NCBI GenBank assembly: GCA_019428815.1
Contig: JAHYJW010000001.1
Location: 116,363 to 180,362, forward strand
Reading direction: 5' to 3'
Source: Patescibacteria group bacterium
GTDB taxonomy: Archaea; Nanobdellota; Nanobdellia; Pacearchaeales; GW2011-AR1
DNA: 64,000 bases
The notes under the pieces were generated by a model. That model did not search any database. It had not been told where the DNA came from and saw nothing but the letters and a program-made list of their open reading frames with translations. The translations under genes were made by a program, and so were the position numbers. Shown here one piece after another: positions 46,141-55,481 of the stretch; within the stretch, counting starts at the first letter, position 1, and every line of letters begins with the position of its first letter.

Positions 46141-47082
46141 TTAGATTTTTAGAGATTCCTCTTTTTTTATTTCTTCGTAAGCAGAATGTGCAGCTATTGC
46201 GCCTTCACCACAAGCAGTTATAACCTGTTTTAAGGGATTATCTGTTATATCTCCTGCGGCATAAAATCCTTTGATATTTGTTTCTTGTTTTTTATTAACC
46301 TTAATATACCCGTTTTCCATTTCCACTTTTAATTGTTGGGGTATTTCTTCATTAGGAATAGACCCAATTTCAATGAAGACTCCATCAACTGCTAATGTTT
46401 TTTCATTATCCAGAGTCATTTCTTCAACTTTCTCTTTTCCGTTAATTTTTATTACATTTGAATTAAAGAGAACCTTTATTTTTTTGTTCTTTTTGACTAA
46501 CTCAATCCAACTTGGCTCTGCTCTAAAAAAACTATCTTTTCTAGAAATTATAACAACCTCTTTAGCATATTCTGAGAGTAATAATGCAGAAGTTAAAGCA
46601 GCATCACTCCCGCCTATAACTGCAACAACTTTATCTTTAAAGAACCCAGAATCACAAGTAGCACAGTAACTAACCCCTTTCCCTAAGAACTCTTCTTCGC
46701 CAGGGATATCTAATTTTCTTTTTTTTGTTCCTATTGCTAATATTACCTTTTTTGTTTTATATGTTTCTTTATTCCCTTTAATTAAAAAAATTTCCTCGCT
46801 TTTGCTTATCTCTTTTACGCTTTCTTGTTTAATAACTCCCCCAAGTTCTTTAACATGGCTTATTAATTTTTGAGTTAATTCGAAACCTGAAATGTTGTTC
46901 TGAGTAGGGAAATTACAAATTTTATGAGACTCAGAAATCATTCCCCCCTCAATTTCTCCTAGAACAAGAGTTTTAAGAAGATATCTTTCTGCATAGATTG
47001 CAGCAGTCAATCCTGCAGGACCTGTTCCAATTATTATTAAGTCGTATGTAACTTCTTCGGGTTTATCGGGTTTACTTTCCAT
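46141..47082 (-). CDS. trxB: Thioredoxin reductase
   Basis: YDLIIIGTGPAGLTAAIYAER, redox CATC, second Rossmann VAVIGGSDAA, GDITD. Confidence 0.85.
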   Translation of the reverse strand: MESKPDKPEEVTYDLIIIGTGPAGLTAAIYAERYLLKTLVLGEIEGGMISESHKICNFPTQNNISGFELTQKLISHVKELGGVIKQESVKEISKSEEIFLIKGNKETYKTKKVILAIGTKKRKLDIPGEEEFLGKGVSYCATCDSGFFKDKVVAVIGGSDAALTSALLLSEYAKEVVIISRKDSFFRAEPSWIELVKKNKKIKVLFNSNVIKINGKEKVEEMTLDNEKTLAVDGVFIEIGSIPNEEIPQQLKVEMENGYIKVNKKQETNIKGFYAAGDITDNPLKQVITACGEGAIAAHSAYEEIKKEESLKI

Positions 47083-47154
47083 TTTAGATATCTTTTTTAA
47101 ATTTTTTTCTGCTATTTTTTCTTTTGTTATTACTTAAATCAATCTCCCTTTTCA

Positions 47155-47493
47155 TTACTCTAAATCAATTTCTTTTTTCAATTCTTCTTTTAACATTTCC
47201 TTTGATCTCAAACCAACAAATTCTTTAACGATTTTTCCATTTTCAAAGAGTTTTAAATTTGGGATTCCTTGTATTTGATATCTTATTGCAAGAATTTGAT
47301 TTGAAGGTTCATCTACATTTACTTTCCCAATTTTTAATTTTCCTTCTTGTTCTTCTGAAAGTTCATCTAATATTGGGGACATCATTAAACAAGGTCGACA
47401 CCAAGGGGCCCAGAAATCTACTAAAATTGGAAGCTTTGACTTTAAAACCTCTTCTTCAAAATTCTCAGAATCTATTTTTAATGTTTTTGTCAT
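47155..47493 (-). CDS. trxA: Thioredoxin (active site WCRPC)
   Basis: VDFWAPWCRPC. 112 aa. Confidence 0.85.
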   Translation of the reverse strand: MTKTLKIDSENFEEEVLKSKLPILVDFWAPWCRPCLMMSPILDELSEEQEGKLKIGKVNVDEPSNQILAIRYQIQGIPNLKLFENGKIVKEFVGLRSKEMLKEELKKEIDLE

Positions 47494-47631
47494 TTTTTAT
47501 TTCCTCCTTTCAATTTTTTATTTTTTTAATTAAACTTTTTAGGGGGATTTTTTAAGATGAATGAACACTTTTTTTAGTAAATGCAAATAAAGTTAGTAAA
47601 CTAATCTAATCAAATAACCCTAATTAAATCT

Positions 47632-48447
47632 CTATTTTTTAATTTTTGTTTTTTTGAACTTTAGACTGTTTTTTAAAAGTTTCTTTTTACTGATTAAATA
47701 ACCAACAAAAAAGAGGAATGAACCAATACAAAACAAGGTAGAAAAGATAATACCGGGATATTGATTCCCAAATCCAGATGGGGAAGTGTGTTTTATTAAA
47801 ATTCCAACATAAGCCCAAGTAAAAACTAATCCATAGGCAATATCCTGATTTTTCATTATTGTTAAAATTCCTATAATTGCTCCTATAAAGAGTATTGACA
47901 TAGTCCAAATTTCAGGCGCAACACCAAAACCTTCCCAATTTAAACTGACTAATAATACTGTAATATTTGCAATTGAGGCAACAGTTATCCACCCAAAGTA
48001 AAGACTAAAGGGTAAACGCATGAATAGATATTCTTTTTTTGATAATTTTTCTTGATTTAACATTGTGATAATTTTGATTAATGAAAAAAGAATTATAGCC
48101 ATAAATAATACTGATAAATAGATTATATCATAATGCCAAGATAAAATCCAAGATATATTAGCTACTGAAGAAATAATGAAATAAAGACCTATTTTTTTTA
48201 ATAAATCTTCTTTTATTTTGATTTTTTTAAATACCCCCAATTGATAAAGAACATAAATTCCTAAAAGAAGGTAAATAAGCCCCCAAATAGAGAAAGTTAG
48301 TCCTGTCGGAGCAAATAAATTAGCATATGAATCTGATATTTGACCTGTGTCCCTATTGTTTATTGGGAGAAAATTAGCTAAAAAATTTACAATTATCATA
48401 GCTAGATAACTGAATGTTACAAGTATTTTAGTGATTATATTATTCAT
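47632..48447 (-). CDS. Multi-pass Trp-rich membrane protein (TspO-related?)
   Basis: 271 aa, about 7 TM helices, LFAPTGLTFSIWGLIYLLL. Confidence 0.45.
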   Translation of the reverse strand: MNNIITKILVTFSYLAMIIVNFLANFLPINNRDTGQISDSYANLFAPTGLTFSIWGLIYLLLGIYVLYQLGVFKKIKIKEDLLKKIGLYFIISSVANISWILSWHYDIIYLSVLFMAIILFSLIKIITMLNQEKLSKKEYLFMRLPFSLYFGWITVASIANITVLLVSLNWEGFGVAPEIWTMSILFIGAIIGILTIMKNQDIAYGLVFTWAYVGILIKHTSPSGFGNQYPGIIFSTLFCIGSFLFFVGYLISKKKLLKNSLKFKKTKIKK

Positions 48448-48541
48448 TTTCTTTGATTTAGGGTATTCTTTTCTCCTTATAAAGTTTTCTTGAAAATCTT
48501 TTTTGACAAATTTTTTTTAGAAAACTATTTGTTTTTATCCT

Positions 48542-49450
48542 TTAATCTAAGTAGAACTTTTCATAATCCTCAATATCATTACCAATATGATTTACTAAAA
48601 GGATTGATTTTCCTTCTTTTGTTGCTAATTCTTGAGCAAGTTTCTGATAAGTCCGTCCAATATGTGTCACATCATTTTTTCCGCAATACGCTTCCATAGT
48701 CATAGGTTTTGTAGGTGTTATTAAATCATTATACCTATTTCCTCTTCCAGTCATGCCTGCATCCCCCTGTTCAAGACTTGTTCCTGTAACAGTATTAAAA
48801 CAAGTTTTTTCATTGTCACCTGTATTTATAAAAATATTCTCATTTTCGTACTTTTTTCTTAAACTAATCTCAAAACTTTTTTTTAGTTCATCATACCTTC
48901 TTCTTGTTTCACATATTAATGCTAATGCAATAAATATTTTCCCATTTATGTACATTACTTTATGATCTGTTCCTATTTCTTTAGAATCTAATGCTTCTTT
49001 TTCTAAAAAATGTGATATCTCTAAAACTTTCTTTTCTGCTTCTGTGTATGGGTGTCCTACAGAAAAACTAGTATCATTACAAAGATTTTTGTTAAAATTA
49101 TCACTCAAATCAGGACTTCCTTCTGCTATGTGATTAAAAACTTCATATTTTAATCCTCTGTTTATCTCTATTTCTAAAACTTCATTAACTGTTTTTTTTA
49201 ATAAGTCTTCTATTTCTTCTGTTTTTGTTGCGTTTCCACTAAAAACTATTTTTACTGGACTTATCATTTCTTTTTTATCATAATCCACTTTTCCACAGCT
49301 TGCTAATACCTTATCAACATTGTAATGTTGTATTTTTCCGTATTCTTTAAGGTACTGATTTTTTAGTTTTTTTCCTAAAACTTCCGCGAGATTATCAGCT
49401 ATTGTATCAGGATGCCCTCTTCCCTTTCTTTCTATTATTTCACTTGTCAT
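48542..49450 (-). CDS. Archaeal-type S-adenosylmethionine synthetase (short form)
   Basis: ERKGRGHPDTIADNLAE, HYNVDK, GTSLEQGDAGMTGRGNRYNDLITPTKPMTMEAYCGKN. Confidence 0.75.
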   Translation of the reverse strand: MTSEIIERKGRGHPDTIADNLAEVLGKKLKNQYLKEYGKIQHYNVDKVLASCGKVDYDKKEMISPVKIVFSGNATKTEEIEDLLKKTVNEVLEIEINRGLKYEVFNHIAEGSPDLSDNFNKNLCNDTSFSVGHPYTEAEKKVLEISHFLEKEALDSKEIGTDHKVMYINGKIFIALALICETRRRYDELKKSFEISLRKKYENENIFINTGDNEKTCFNTVTGTSLEQGDAGMTGRGNRYNDLITPTKPMTMEAYCGKNDVTHIGRTYQKLAQELATKEGKSILLVNHIGNDIEDYEKFYLD

Positions 49451-49473
49451 TCTATCTTTATTTTTTCTTAAGT

Positions 49474-49896
49474 TTAAATCTTTTTTTGTTTAAAATATCC
49501 CCTTTCTTTAATCTTTTTTAAGAAATCTATTGTAAGGGGATATTCCCAAAAAATCCCTTCATTAGCCTTTACTGCTGCAATTATACAAAATGCAATATTG
49601 AATATTGAAAGTAAAGAGAGTATTAAAGAGAAGGGGAAGATTACTGTAAAATCTGAAAAATTCCCTTCTAGAATAGAAGATATAAATGATAAAAAGAGGG
49701 TTACTCCAGAATAAATAAATAGACTAATCTGCCAATTTAATGCATTTTGGGCATGTTTTTTTACTTCTTTTTCTTTAGTTAAAAGAAATATCAACAAAGC
49801 CCCGAGTATGTAAGAAAAGATACCTATGATGTGGGTGACTATTTCTAATGTTCGATCTTTTTTCTTATTTCTTTTGTTTATTTTTTTATTTTTCAT
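49474..49896 (-). CDS. Small membrane protein, DUF4870-like
   Basis: 140 aa, 3 TM helices, NALNWQISLFIY. Confidence 0.4.
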   Translation of the reverse strand: MKNKKINKRNKKKDRTLEIVTHIIGIFSYILGALLIFLLTKEKEVKKHAQNALNWQISLFIYSGVTLFLSFISSILEGNFSDFTVIFPFSLILSLLSIFNIAFCIIAAVKANEGIFWEYPLTIDFLKKIKERGYFKQKKI

Positions 49897-50012
49897 AATG
49901 TTCTCTTTTATTCTTTAATTAGATTTCTTTATATCTTTTTTTAAATATATAAACTTTTTGAGAACTCTTTATTAAGAAATATCTTAGAAAATCTAATTTT
50001 TTCTTTACCTTT

Positions 50013-50216
50013 TTACCTTTTCTTTGGATTTTTTCTTATCCTTTTGTTAATCTTCTTTTTTGAACCAGAAGGTTTTTCTTTTTTTGAAATTAATTCTTCT
50101 AGTCTTAAAAGTAGTCTTGTTTGTTGCTCTTTCAAATTTAAAATCTCTTGTTGAAGGATAGTTATATCACTTTTTACAGAATTAAAGGAGCTTATTACAT
50201 TTCTTTCGTTTACCAT
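50013..50216 (-). CDS. Small coiled-coil protein with a basic tail
   Basis: 67 aa. ILQQEILNLKEQQTRLLLRLEEL followed by KKKINKRIRKNPKKR. Confidence 0.3.
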   Translation of the reverse strand: MVNERNVISSFNSVKSDITILQQEILNLKEQQTRLLLRLEELISKKEKPSGSKKKINKRIRKNPKKR

Positions 50217-50363
50217 GAGAATAATTAAACGTCAAAACGATATAAAAAGACTATTATTCTGAAACCTATATTTCCAAGGGAGTTGCTTATCAAGGGTTAA
50301 ATTAAGATATTAATCTTAATTAGAGAGAGATTTTGTAAATTTAATAGAAATCAGTATCTAAAG

Positions 50364-51428
50364 TTATAACCACCTTTTTTTCTTAAAATAAACAATCATA
50401 GCCCCTGCAACTAAAAACATTAAACCTAAAACAGCAAAATAACCAAAAGACCAGCTTAGTTCTGGCATGAAACTAAAGTTCATACCATAAATTCCTGCGA
50501 TAAATGTAAGGGGGATAAATATTGTTGCAATTATAGTTAAGACTTTCATAACTTCATTCATTCTGTTACTTGTATTGGATAAATATAAATCAAGCATACC
50601 TGATAATAGGTCTCTAGCTGTTTCTACAATGTCAATTATTTGTATTGTATGGTCATATAAATCTTCTAAATACGGGAGCGTCTTCTTTTTTATTAATGAG
50701 GATTCAGATTTTTTCAATTTATTAATAGAGTCCCTAAAAGGCCAAATCGCTTTTCTTAAAAATAATACCTCCCTTTTTAGACCATAGATTTCGTTTAAGA
50801 TATTTGATTTTTGTTCAAATAAAAGAGATTTTTCAAAAATTTCAATTTTTTCACCAATTTCTTCTAAAATCATAAAATAATAATCAGTTATGATATCCAT
50901 AATAGCATAAGTAAGATAATCTGGGCCCCTATCTCTTATTCTTCCCACCCTTTTTTTGATTCTTTCAATTAAAGGATCAAACACATTACTTGGACCTTCA
51001 TCAAGAGAAATAACGAAATCCTTACCTAATATCAAACTAACTTGATTTGAGATTATCTTGGATTTATTTTCTTCGAAATTAAGCATTTTTAATACAATAA
51101 AAATGTAATCATCAAAGATTTCTATTTTTGGCCTTTGATCTGTATTTAACGCATCCTCTAAGATTAAAGGGTGAATTTTACAGTATTCCCCAATTTTGTT
51201 AATAATCTCTGTTTCATGAAGTCCCTCAACATTTAACCAAGTGATTTCTGGAGATTTTTTAAACGGGAAAGCTTCTGTGATGTCTTTCAAGTTTTTTTCT
51301 TCAACTTTCTCTTGATTATAACTGATAACAGAAATTTGAACTCTTGGGGTTTTTTTAGTTCCAACAAAAACAAGACTTCCGGGGGATAAACCCTTTTTTT
51401 GAGATCTTTTCTTTATTAATCTTGACAT
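50364..51428 (-). CDS. corA: CorA-type Mg2+/Co2+ transporter
   Basis: YGMNF signature between two C-terminal TM helices. 354 aa. Confidence 0.85.
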   Translation of the reverse strand: MSRLIKKRSQKKGLSPGSLVFVGTKKTPRVQISVISYNQEKVEEKNLKDITEAFPFKKSPEITWLNVEGLHETEIINKIGEYCKIHPLILEDALNTDQRPKIEIFDDYIFIVLKMLNFEENKSKIISNQVSLILGKDFVISLDEGPSNVFDPLIERIKKRVGRIRDRGPDYLTYAIMDIITDYYFMILEEIGEKIEIFEKSLLFEQKSNILNEIYGLKREVLFLRKAIWPFRDSINKLKKSESSLIKKKTLPYLEDLYDHTIQIIDIVETARDLLSGMLDLYLSNTSNRMNEVMKVLTIIATIFIPLTFIAGIYGMNFSFMPELSWSFGYFAVLGLMFLVAGAMIVYFKKKRWL

Positions 51429-51475
51429 TGAACTTCTTAAAAGGCGGGATTATATAAGTTTTTTTGTTTTAAATT

Positions 51476-52483
51476 TCAAAATAAAAACAAATTCCAATAA
51501 TTGGAGATAATTTCATTAACACAAAATTCAACTAATTCTCTATATTCTTTTACATTAGTAGAACTTAAATCAGACTTATCTGCAGTTTGCATAGTATCAA
51601 GATAGTCTTCCCTAAACTTCTTTTGAATTATAATTGGGGGATGCTTATCTTTCATTAAGATATAATTCATAATCATCCTTCCAGTTCTTCCATTTCCATC
51701 TGCAAAAGGATGAATCTTCTCAAACTTATGGTGAAAAAGAGTTGCTAAAACAAGAGGATCTAGTTTAGATTTATTTTCTTTATACCATTTAAGTAAAAGT
51801 TCCATATCTGTTTTAAGATATTGAACAGGGCTAGCATCAAAATTACTTTTGAAAACCTTTATTTCCATATTTCTTAATCCCTTTCTTTTATCTATATTTT
51901 CTAAAAGAGAATCGTGGATTTTTATAATAAAATTTAAAGATAATTCTTCTTTAAACTTTTTATCATACAACTCAAAAAAGACTCTTTTAGTGTTCTGTAA
52001 ATCATAGATCTCTCTAAGTGTCTTGTCTTTTGGAGTTTTACCCTCTTCTAAAAGGTTTTTTGCTTCCTTCAAAGTTATTGTATTGCCTTCTATAGATGTT
52101 GTGTTGAACGCAAATTCAATTAAAAAATTATTCAAGATTTCTCTTTTTGTTAATTCATCTAATTTAAGAAAACTATCAAAAAAATGAATTTTACAAGCTT
52201 CTAATTCTAATTGCTTTTTTCCTAAAAACTCATCTTTTTTTAATTTTTTTTTCTTTGCTTTTTCAAGATGGTAATTAGAATCTAAGAAGACTTTGAGTGT
52301 GTGATAAGCTTTCCTAATTTCTTTTTCGTGTGAACTAAGGTTGTCTAAATTTTCTTCAACTTTTTTCAAGTTATCTCCCAGATAAGCAATATCTTTTACT
52401 ACAACTTTTTTACCTTCACGTTTTGAAGCTCTTAAGTAATAATATTCTTTATTTCCAACTTTCTTTTTGTATATGTAAACCAT
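51476..52483 (-). CDS. Fic family protein (class II, N-terminal inhibitory motif)
   Basis: Fic motif HPFADGNGRTGR and upstream TTSIEGN ((S/T)xxxE(G/N)). N-terminus is paralogous to the 54074-54997 protein. Confidence 0.85.
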   Translation of the reverse strand: MVYIYKKKVGNKEYYYLRASKREGKKVVVKDIAYLGDNLKKVEENLDNLSSHEKEIRKAYHTLKVFLDSNYHLEKAKKKKLKKDEFLGKKQLELEACKIHFFDSFLKLDELTKREILNNFLIEFAFNTTSIEGNTITLKEAKNLLEEGKTPKDKTLREIYDLQNTKRVFFELYDKKFKEELSLNFIIKIHDSLLENIDKRKGLRNMEIKVFKSNFDASPVQYLKTDMELLLKWYKENKSKLDPLVLATLFHHKFEKIHPFADGNGRTGRMIMNYILMKDKHPPIIIQKKFREDYLDTMQTADKSDLSSTNVKEYRELVEFCVNEIISNYWNLFLF

Positions 52484-52694
52484 AAAAGATATAGAAAAAT
52501 AAACTATTTAAACTTTACCCCTTACATTTTTATTTTAGATTGTAGAGGGTATGCACCCCGATCGAATCTCTGACCCTCTGGACATCTTGGAGAAGTGTGG
52601 TTTTTTACTATGGTTTGTTGTTGGTGGCTTTTGTTTATAAGAATGGTCGAGATTAGGTGTACAGATATTTATTTTGCTGATGAAGAAATTAATT

Positions 52695-53018
52695 TTATGT
52701 AAACTTAAACAACTTTTCATAATCCTTATGATTCATCCAATCAAGAACTATTGCTAAAACATCAATTTCATCTCTTCCGATAGAGTAAAGTAATCGCCAA
52801 TCTTTTCTTAAATTATAAATCCACAGATTATTAATTTTATATCTTTGTATCAGTTCTTTAGGAATTAATTTCTTTTTTACGTTTCTCCCACAAAAGGCAT
52901 TTTTACAAATGTCGTTTAATGCTTTTGTTATTTCCTTATATAGCCTTTCATTACGATCTTTGAGATTATCAAAGGTCTCTTTTAATTTTAAGTCGAAAAA
53001 ATTTATTTTGCATTCCAT
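52695..53018 (-). CDS. RelE/ParE-superfamily toxin-like protein
   Basis: 107 aa. NLWIYNLRKDWRLLYSIGRDEIDVLAIVLDWMNHKDY. Confidence 0.5.
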   Translation of the reverse strand: MECKINFFDLKLKETFDNLKDRNERLYKEITKALNDICKNAFCGRNVKKKLIPKELIQRYKINNLWIYNLRKDWRLLYSIGRDEIDVLAIVLDWMNHKDYEKLFKFT

Positions 53019-53308
53019 TCTAACTCTTTTTTGTTTCTGTATTTTTTAACTAATTCTGGATTCCAGATATAAACAACATGCCCCTTATTATCATATGCAA
53101 TTTTTCCAATGTTTTCTAAATACTCCATAATCACTTGAAATGTTTGCCACATCACCTTTTTAGGAAGATTGTTAAACAAATCTGTTTTTTTATATTCTCC
53201 AGAATTTTCATCTATGAATTTCTCAACCATTAAAACTGTTTGAAGTGTTGGGCTTCTTGCTACATTATTTAATTCAGAATAATTTTTTTTAATTGTTGTA
53301 AATTCCAT
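53003..53308 (-). CDS. Putative cognate antitoxin / small winged-helix-like protein
   Basis: 101 aa. Lies upstream of the toxin-like ORF and overlaps it by 16 nt. Confidence 0.35.
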   Translation of the reverse strand: MEFTTIKKNYSELNNVARSPTLQTVLMVEKFIDENSGEYKKTDLFNNLPKKVMWQTFQVIMEYLENIGKIAYDNKGHVVYIWNPELVKKYRNKKELEWNAK

Positions 53309-53527
53309 TTTATTATAATATCAATTGATATTACTATTTAAATCTTTTGGATGTTAGAACATTTAGATTAAATAAATATGCTTTTGATTGTGAGGCGCTT
53401 TTACTTGCAGGGAATAATGCAGCGGGAAAGTATTCTATTAAATATTATAATGGTAAATTTAACGCTTACCAAAGAACCTATGTTCTAACGTTAAAAAATA
53501 AGGAAGATAATTTTAGATATTTTCATT

Positions 53528-54070
53528 TTATTTTTTAGTTCCATTATGTACTAATCCCTCTCTAAAAGGAGTTAAATCTTCTTTTTCAATATATTGTTTA
53601 AAACAAGAAGGATCTTCGAAAAACAAATTTCCTTTTTTAGCATATGTAACCGCGCGACAACACCTATAATAAGGTTTATGTTCACAATTGGTTTCCAATT
53701 TATTAAAACCTCTTAAATTATTCATTGTTTGATTTTCCGTTATTAATTTAACTAATCCTTCTGAGATATGTCCAATTATAAACTGTTCCGTCCGCAAGAA
53801 TTGCAACACCTGTAAATCCTGCAGAACACCCTCCAGAATAAAAATTATTCTCTCTAGCAAACCTCTTTTGTACACTATCTGTCCTCATTAAGTGCCACAT
53901 AACCTCTGTTTGTAGAACAACAATTTTTTTATGCTTTCTATCTAATTCTCTGGCTTCTTTAAATGAATCATAAGTGTTTTTTGGGTTAACAAATTCTGCA
54001 TCATTTGGTCCTGAAGGAACATAGATTTGAAACCCAAAAAAACTTGCTATTCTGGAAAGGTGCCCACAAA
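53528..54070 (-). pseudogene. Decayed radical-SAM/SPASM-type gene remnant (C-terminal part, multiple frame breaks)
   Basis: One frame reads ...FYSGGCSAGFTGVAILADGTVY then stops. The adjacent frame (the ORF 53528-53875) continues IIGHISEGLVKL...NCEHKPYYRCCRAVTYAKKG...EDPSC. Together they resemble C-x-x-G...DG-x-V-Y...iG-n-i plus a degenerate CX2CX5CX3C. A TAG interrupts the upstream frame near 53942. Confidence 0.4.
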
Positions 54071-54073
54071 TTC

Positions 54074-54997
54074 TTATTTTTTATTTTTTGTAGCCACCTT
54101 TTTTATAGTCTTTTTATATTGCTTCAAAAGAAAGTCTAATGTGGGCTTTAGATTGTCTTTCTTTGAATATTCTTGCAAGGTTCTATAATATTCTTGCCTA
54201 TCTTCTAAAAGAATGTTTATTGGAGGGTATTTTCTCTTTAGTAAGATAAAGTTTAATAGTAACCTTCCAACCCTTCCGTTTCCATCTTGGAAAGGATGAA
54301 TATCCTCAAATTGATTATGAACTATTGCCGACAAAACTAAAGGAGCAAACCTATTCTTGTTTTCTTTATACCACTCAATAAACTCTTTTAGTGCGATCTC
54401 CAAATGTTCTACTGGGGCTCCTGAATGAATTATTTCTCCTTTAGAGTTTTTTATAACTACATTAACATTTCTAAATCTACCTGCATAACTTTTAGAGTTT
54501 TCAAAACAAAGCTTATGCAGTTTCAATAATAAGTCCAAAGAAAGGTCTTCTTTGGTTTCTTTAATGTATTCTATAGCCTTGGCTACTCCTTTGGTTTCAA
54601 TTTCTTCTTCATTTTCGGCTCTTGGTTTTTTAAGAATTTCTGAGACTTCATTCTCTTGAATTGTAGAACCTTCAATAGCATTAGTATTAAAAACAAAATC
54701 TTCCTTAAAATTCTGCCATTCTTTATTTGTTAAATGAAACACTTGTATCCTTTCTTGATATTTATTGAGTCTCTCTAATTGTTTTTTTGTAAGCCTAAAA
54801 GAAAAAATGTTTATACTTCTTTGGTTTAACTCTTCTAAGATTTCCTTTTCTCTTTCTTTGGATTTTTGTTCTAATTCTTTTTGGGATAGATTTGAACCAA
54901 GATACTTTCTTATTTTTTCAACTTTGTCTCCTTCTCTGTAAGAATGAACTAAATAATATTTTATACTTTTGCCAACTTTTCTTTTTTCTACATACAT
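54074..54997 (-). CDS. Fic family protein (class II)
   Basis: HPFQDGNGRVGR and TNAIEGS inhibitory motif. Confidence 0.85.
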   Translation of the reverse strand: MYVEKRKVGKSIKYYLVHSYREGDKVEKIRKYLGSNLSQKELEQKSKEREKEILEELNQRSINIFSFRLTKKQLERLNKYQERIQVFHLTNKEWQNFKEDFVFNTNAIEGSTIQENEVSEILKKPRAENEEEIETKGVAKAIEYIKETKEDLSLDLLLKLHKLCFENSKSYAGRFRNVNVVIKNSKGEIIHSGAPVEHLEIALKEFIEWYKENKNRFAPLVLSAIVHNQFEDIHPFQDGNGRVGRLLLNFILLKRKYPPINILLEDRQEYYRTLQEYSKKDNLKPTLDFLLKQYKKTIKKVATKNKK

Positions 54998-55298
54998 AAT
55001 ATAACAAAGGTGCCTACATTTTTAAATCTTTTTAATTTTGTGGTCACCTTAAAGAATTACAATTTTTCTATTTCTTTCAAAATTTCCTCAGAAGAAAATT
55101 CCGAGTGTCCATCTTAGCCATGTTTCCATAATTTTACAAAGAAAGAAGTATCTTTGTTTATTTCTAAGATTTCTGAGTCTTCTTTCAATAATCCTATCTG
55201 TCTTTCGTATTGTCTTTTGTAATTGTGTATATCCATACCCTCGATAAAATCGCAGTAGTTTTTATACCGCGATTAAAGGCGTTGAACTTTTATAAGAC

Positions 55299-55385
55299 GC
55301 CCCGAGCGGGCAAGGGGCTATCGTGGCACTTTAGAGGGTTTTCATTAATTATAATGATTTTTTTTGATGAAGAGGATTTTTAAAG
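55299..55385 (+). repeat. GC-rich repeat element, copy A
   Basis: gccccgagcgggcaaggggctatcgtggcactttagagggttttcattaattataatgattttttttgatgaagagg... aligns with 62801-62887 at roughly 75-80% identity by eye. Confidence 0.6.
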
Positions 55386-55451
55386 ATAATCAGAAGGACT
55401 TATTTATGCTATAATTAACAAAAATTATGATTTTTTTGTAAAAATAGTTAA

Positions 55452-55462
55452 TTTTATAAATA
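55452..55462 (+). promoter_or_regulatory. TATA-box-like element ttttataaata, about 25 nt upstream of the ATG at 55482
   Basis: The position and sequence fit an archaeal TATA box with a very short leader. Confidence 0.4.
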
Positions 55463-55481
55463 AGGAAATACTTTCTTTTTT

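Noticed and set aside
52535-52720. 61-aa ORF and a GC-rich hairpin (agagggt...accctct, 52544-52579) that I examined as a possible tRNA or tRNA half
   Set aside because: I could not fold a cloverleaf. There is no T-loop with a complementary stem, no D-arm, and only 22 nt between the paired arms. The ORF is low-complexity and overlaps the toxin gene end. It is left as an unexplained hairpin.
53347-53538. 63-aa plus-strand ORF with a faint resemblance to a type I restriction S-subunit fragment (LLLAGNNAAGKY...FNAYQRTYVL)
   Set aside because: The resemblance is too weak to assert without a profile search. It may be another gene relic in the island.
55075-55240. Minus-strand small ORF MDIHNYKRQYERQIGLLKEDSEILEINKDTSFFVKLWKHG-stop-DGHSEFSSEEILKEIEKL, considered as a broken antitoxin or Fic-inhibitor gene
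   Set aside because: It is too short, is interrupted by an in-frame TAA, and has no (S/T)xxxE(G/N) motif or other recognisable signature. I cannot support a call.
55354-55383. 9-codon mini-ORF inside repeat copy A (MIFFDEEDF), with a counterpart in copy B at 62855-62884 (MIFLLMKVI)
   Set aside because: The nucleotide sequence is conserved, but a 1-nt indel gives unrelated peptides. Conservation is therefore at the DNA/RNA level, not the peptide level.
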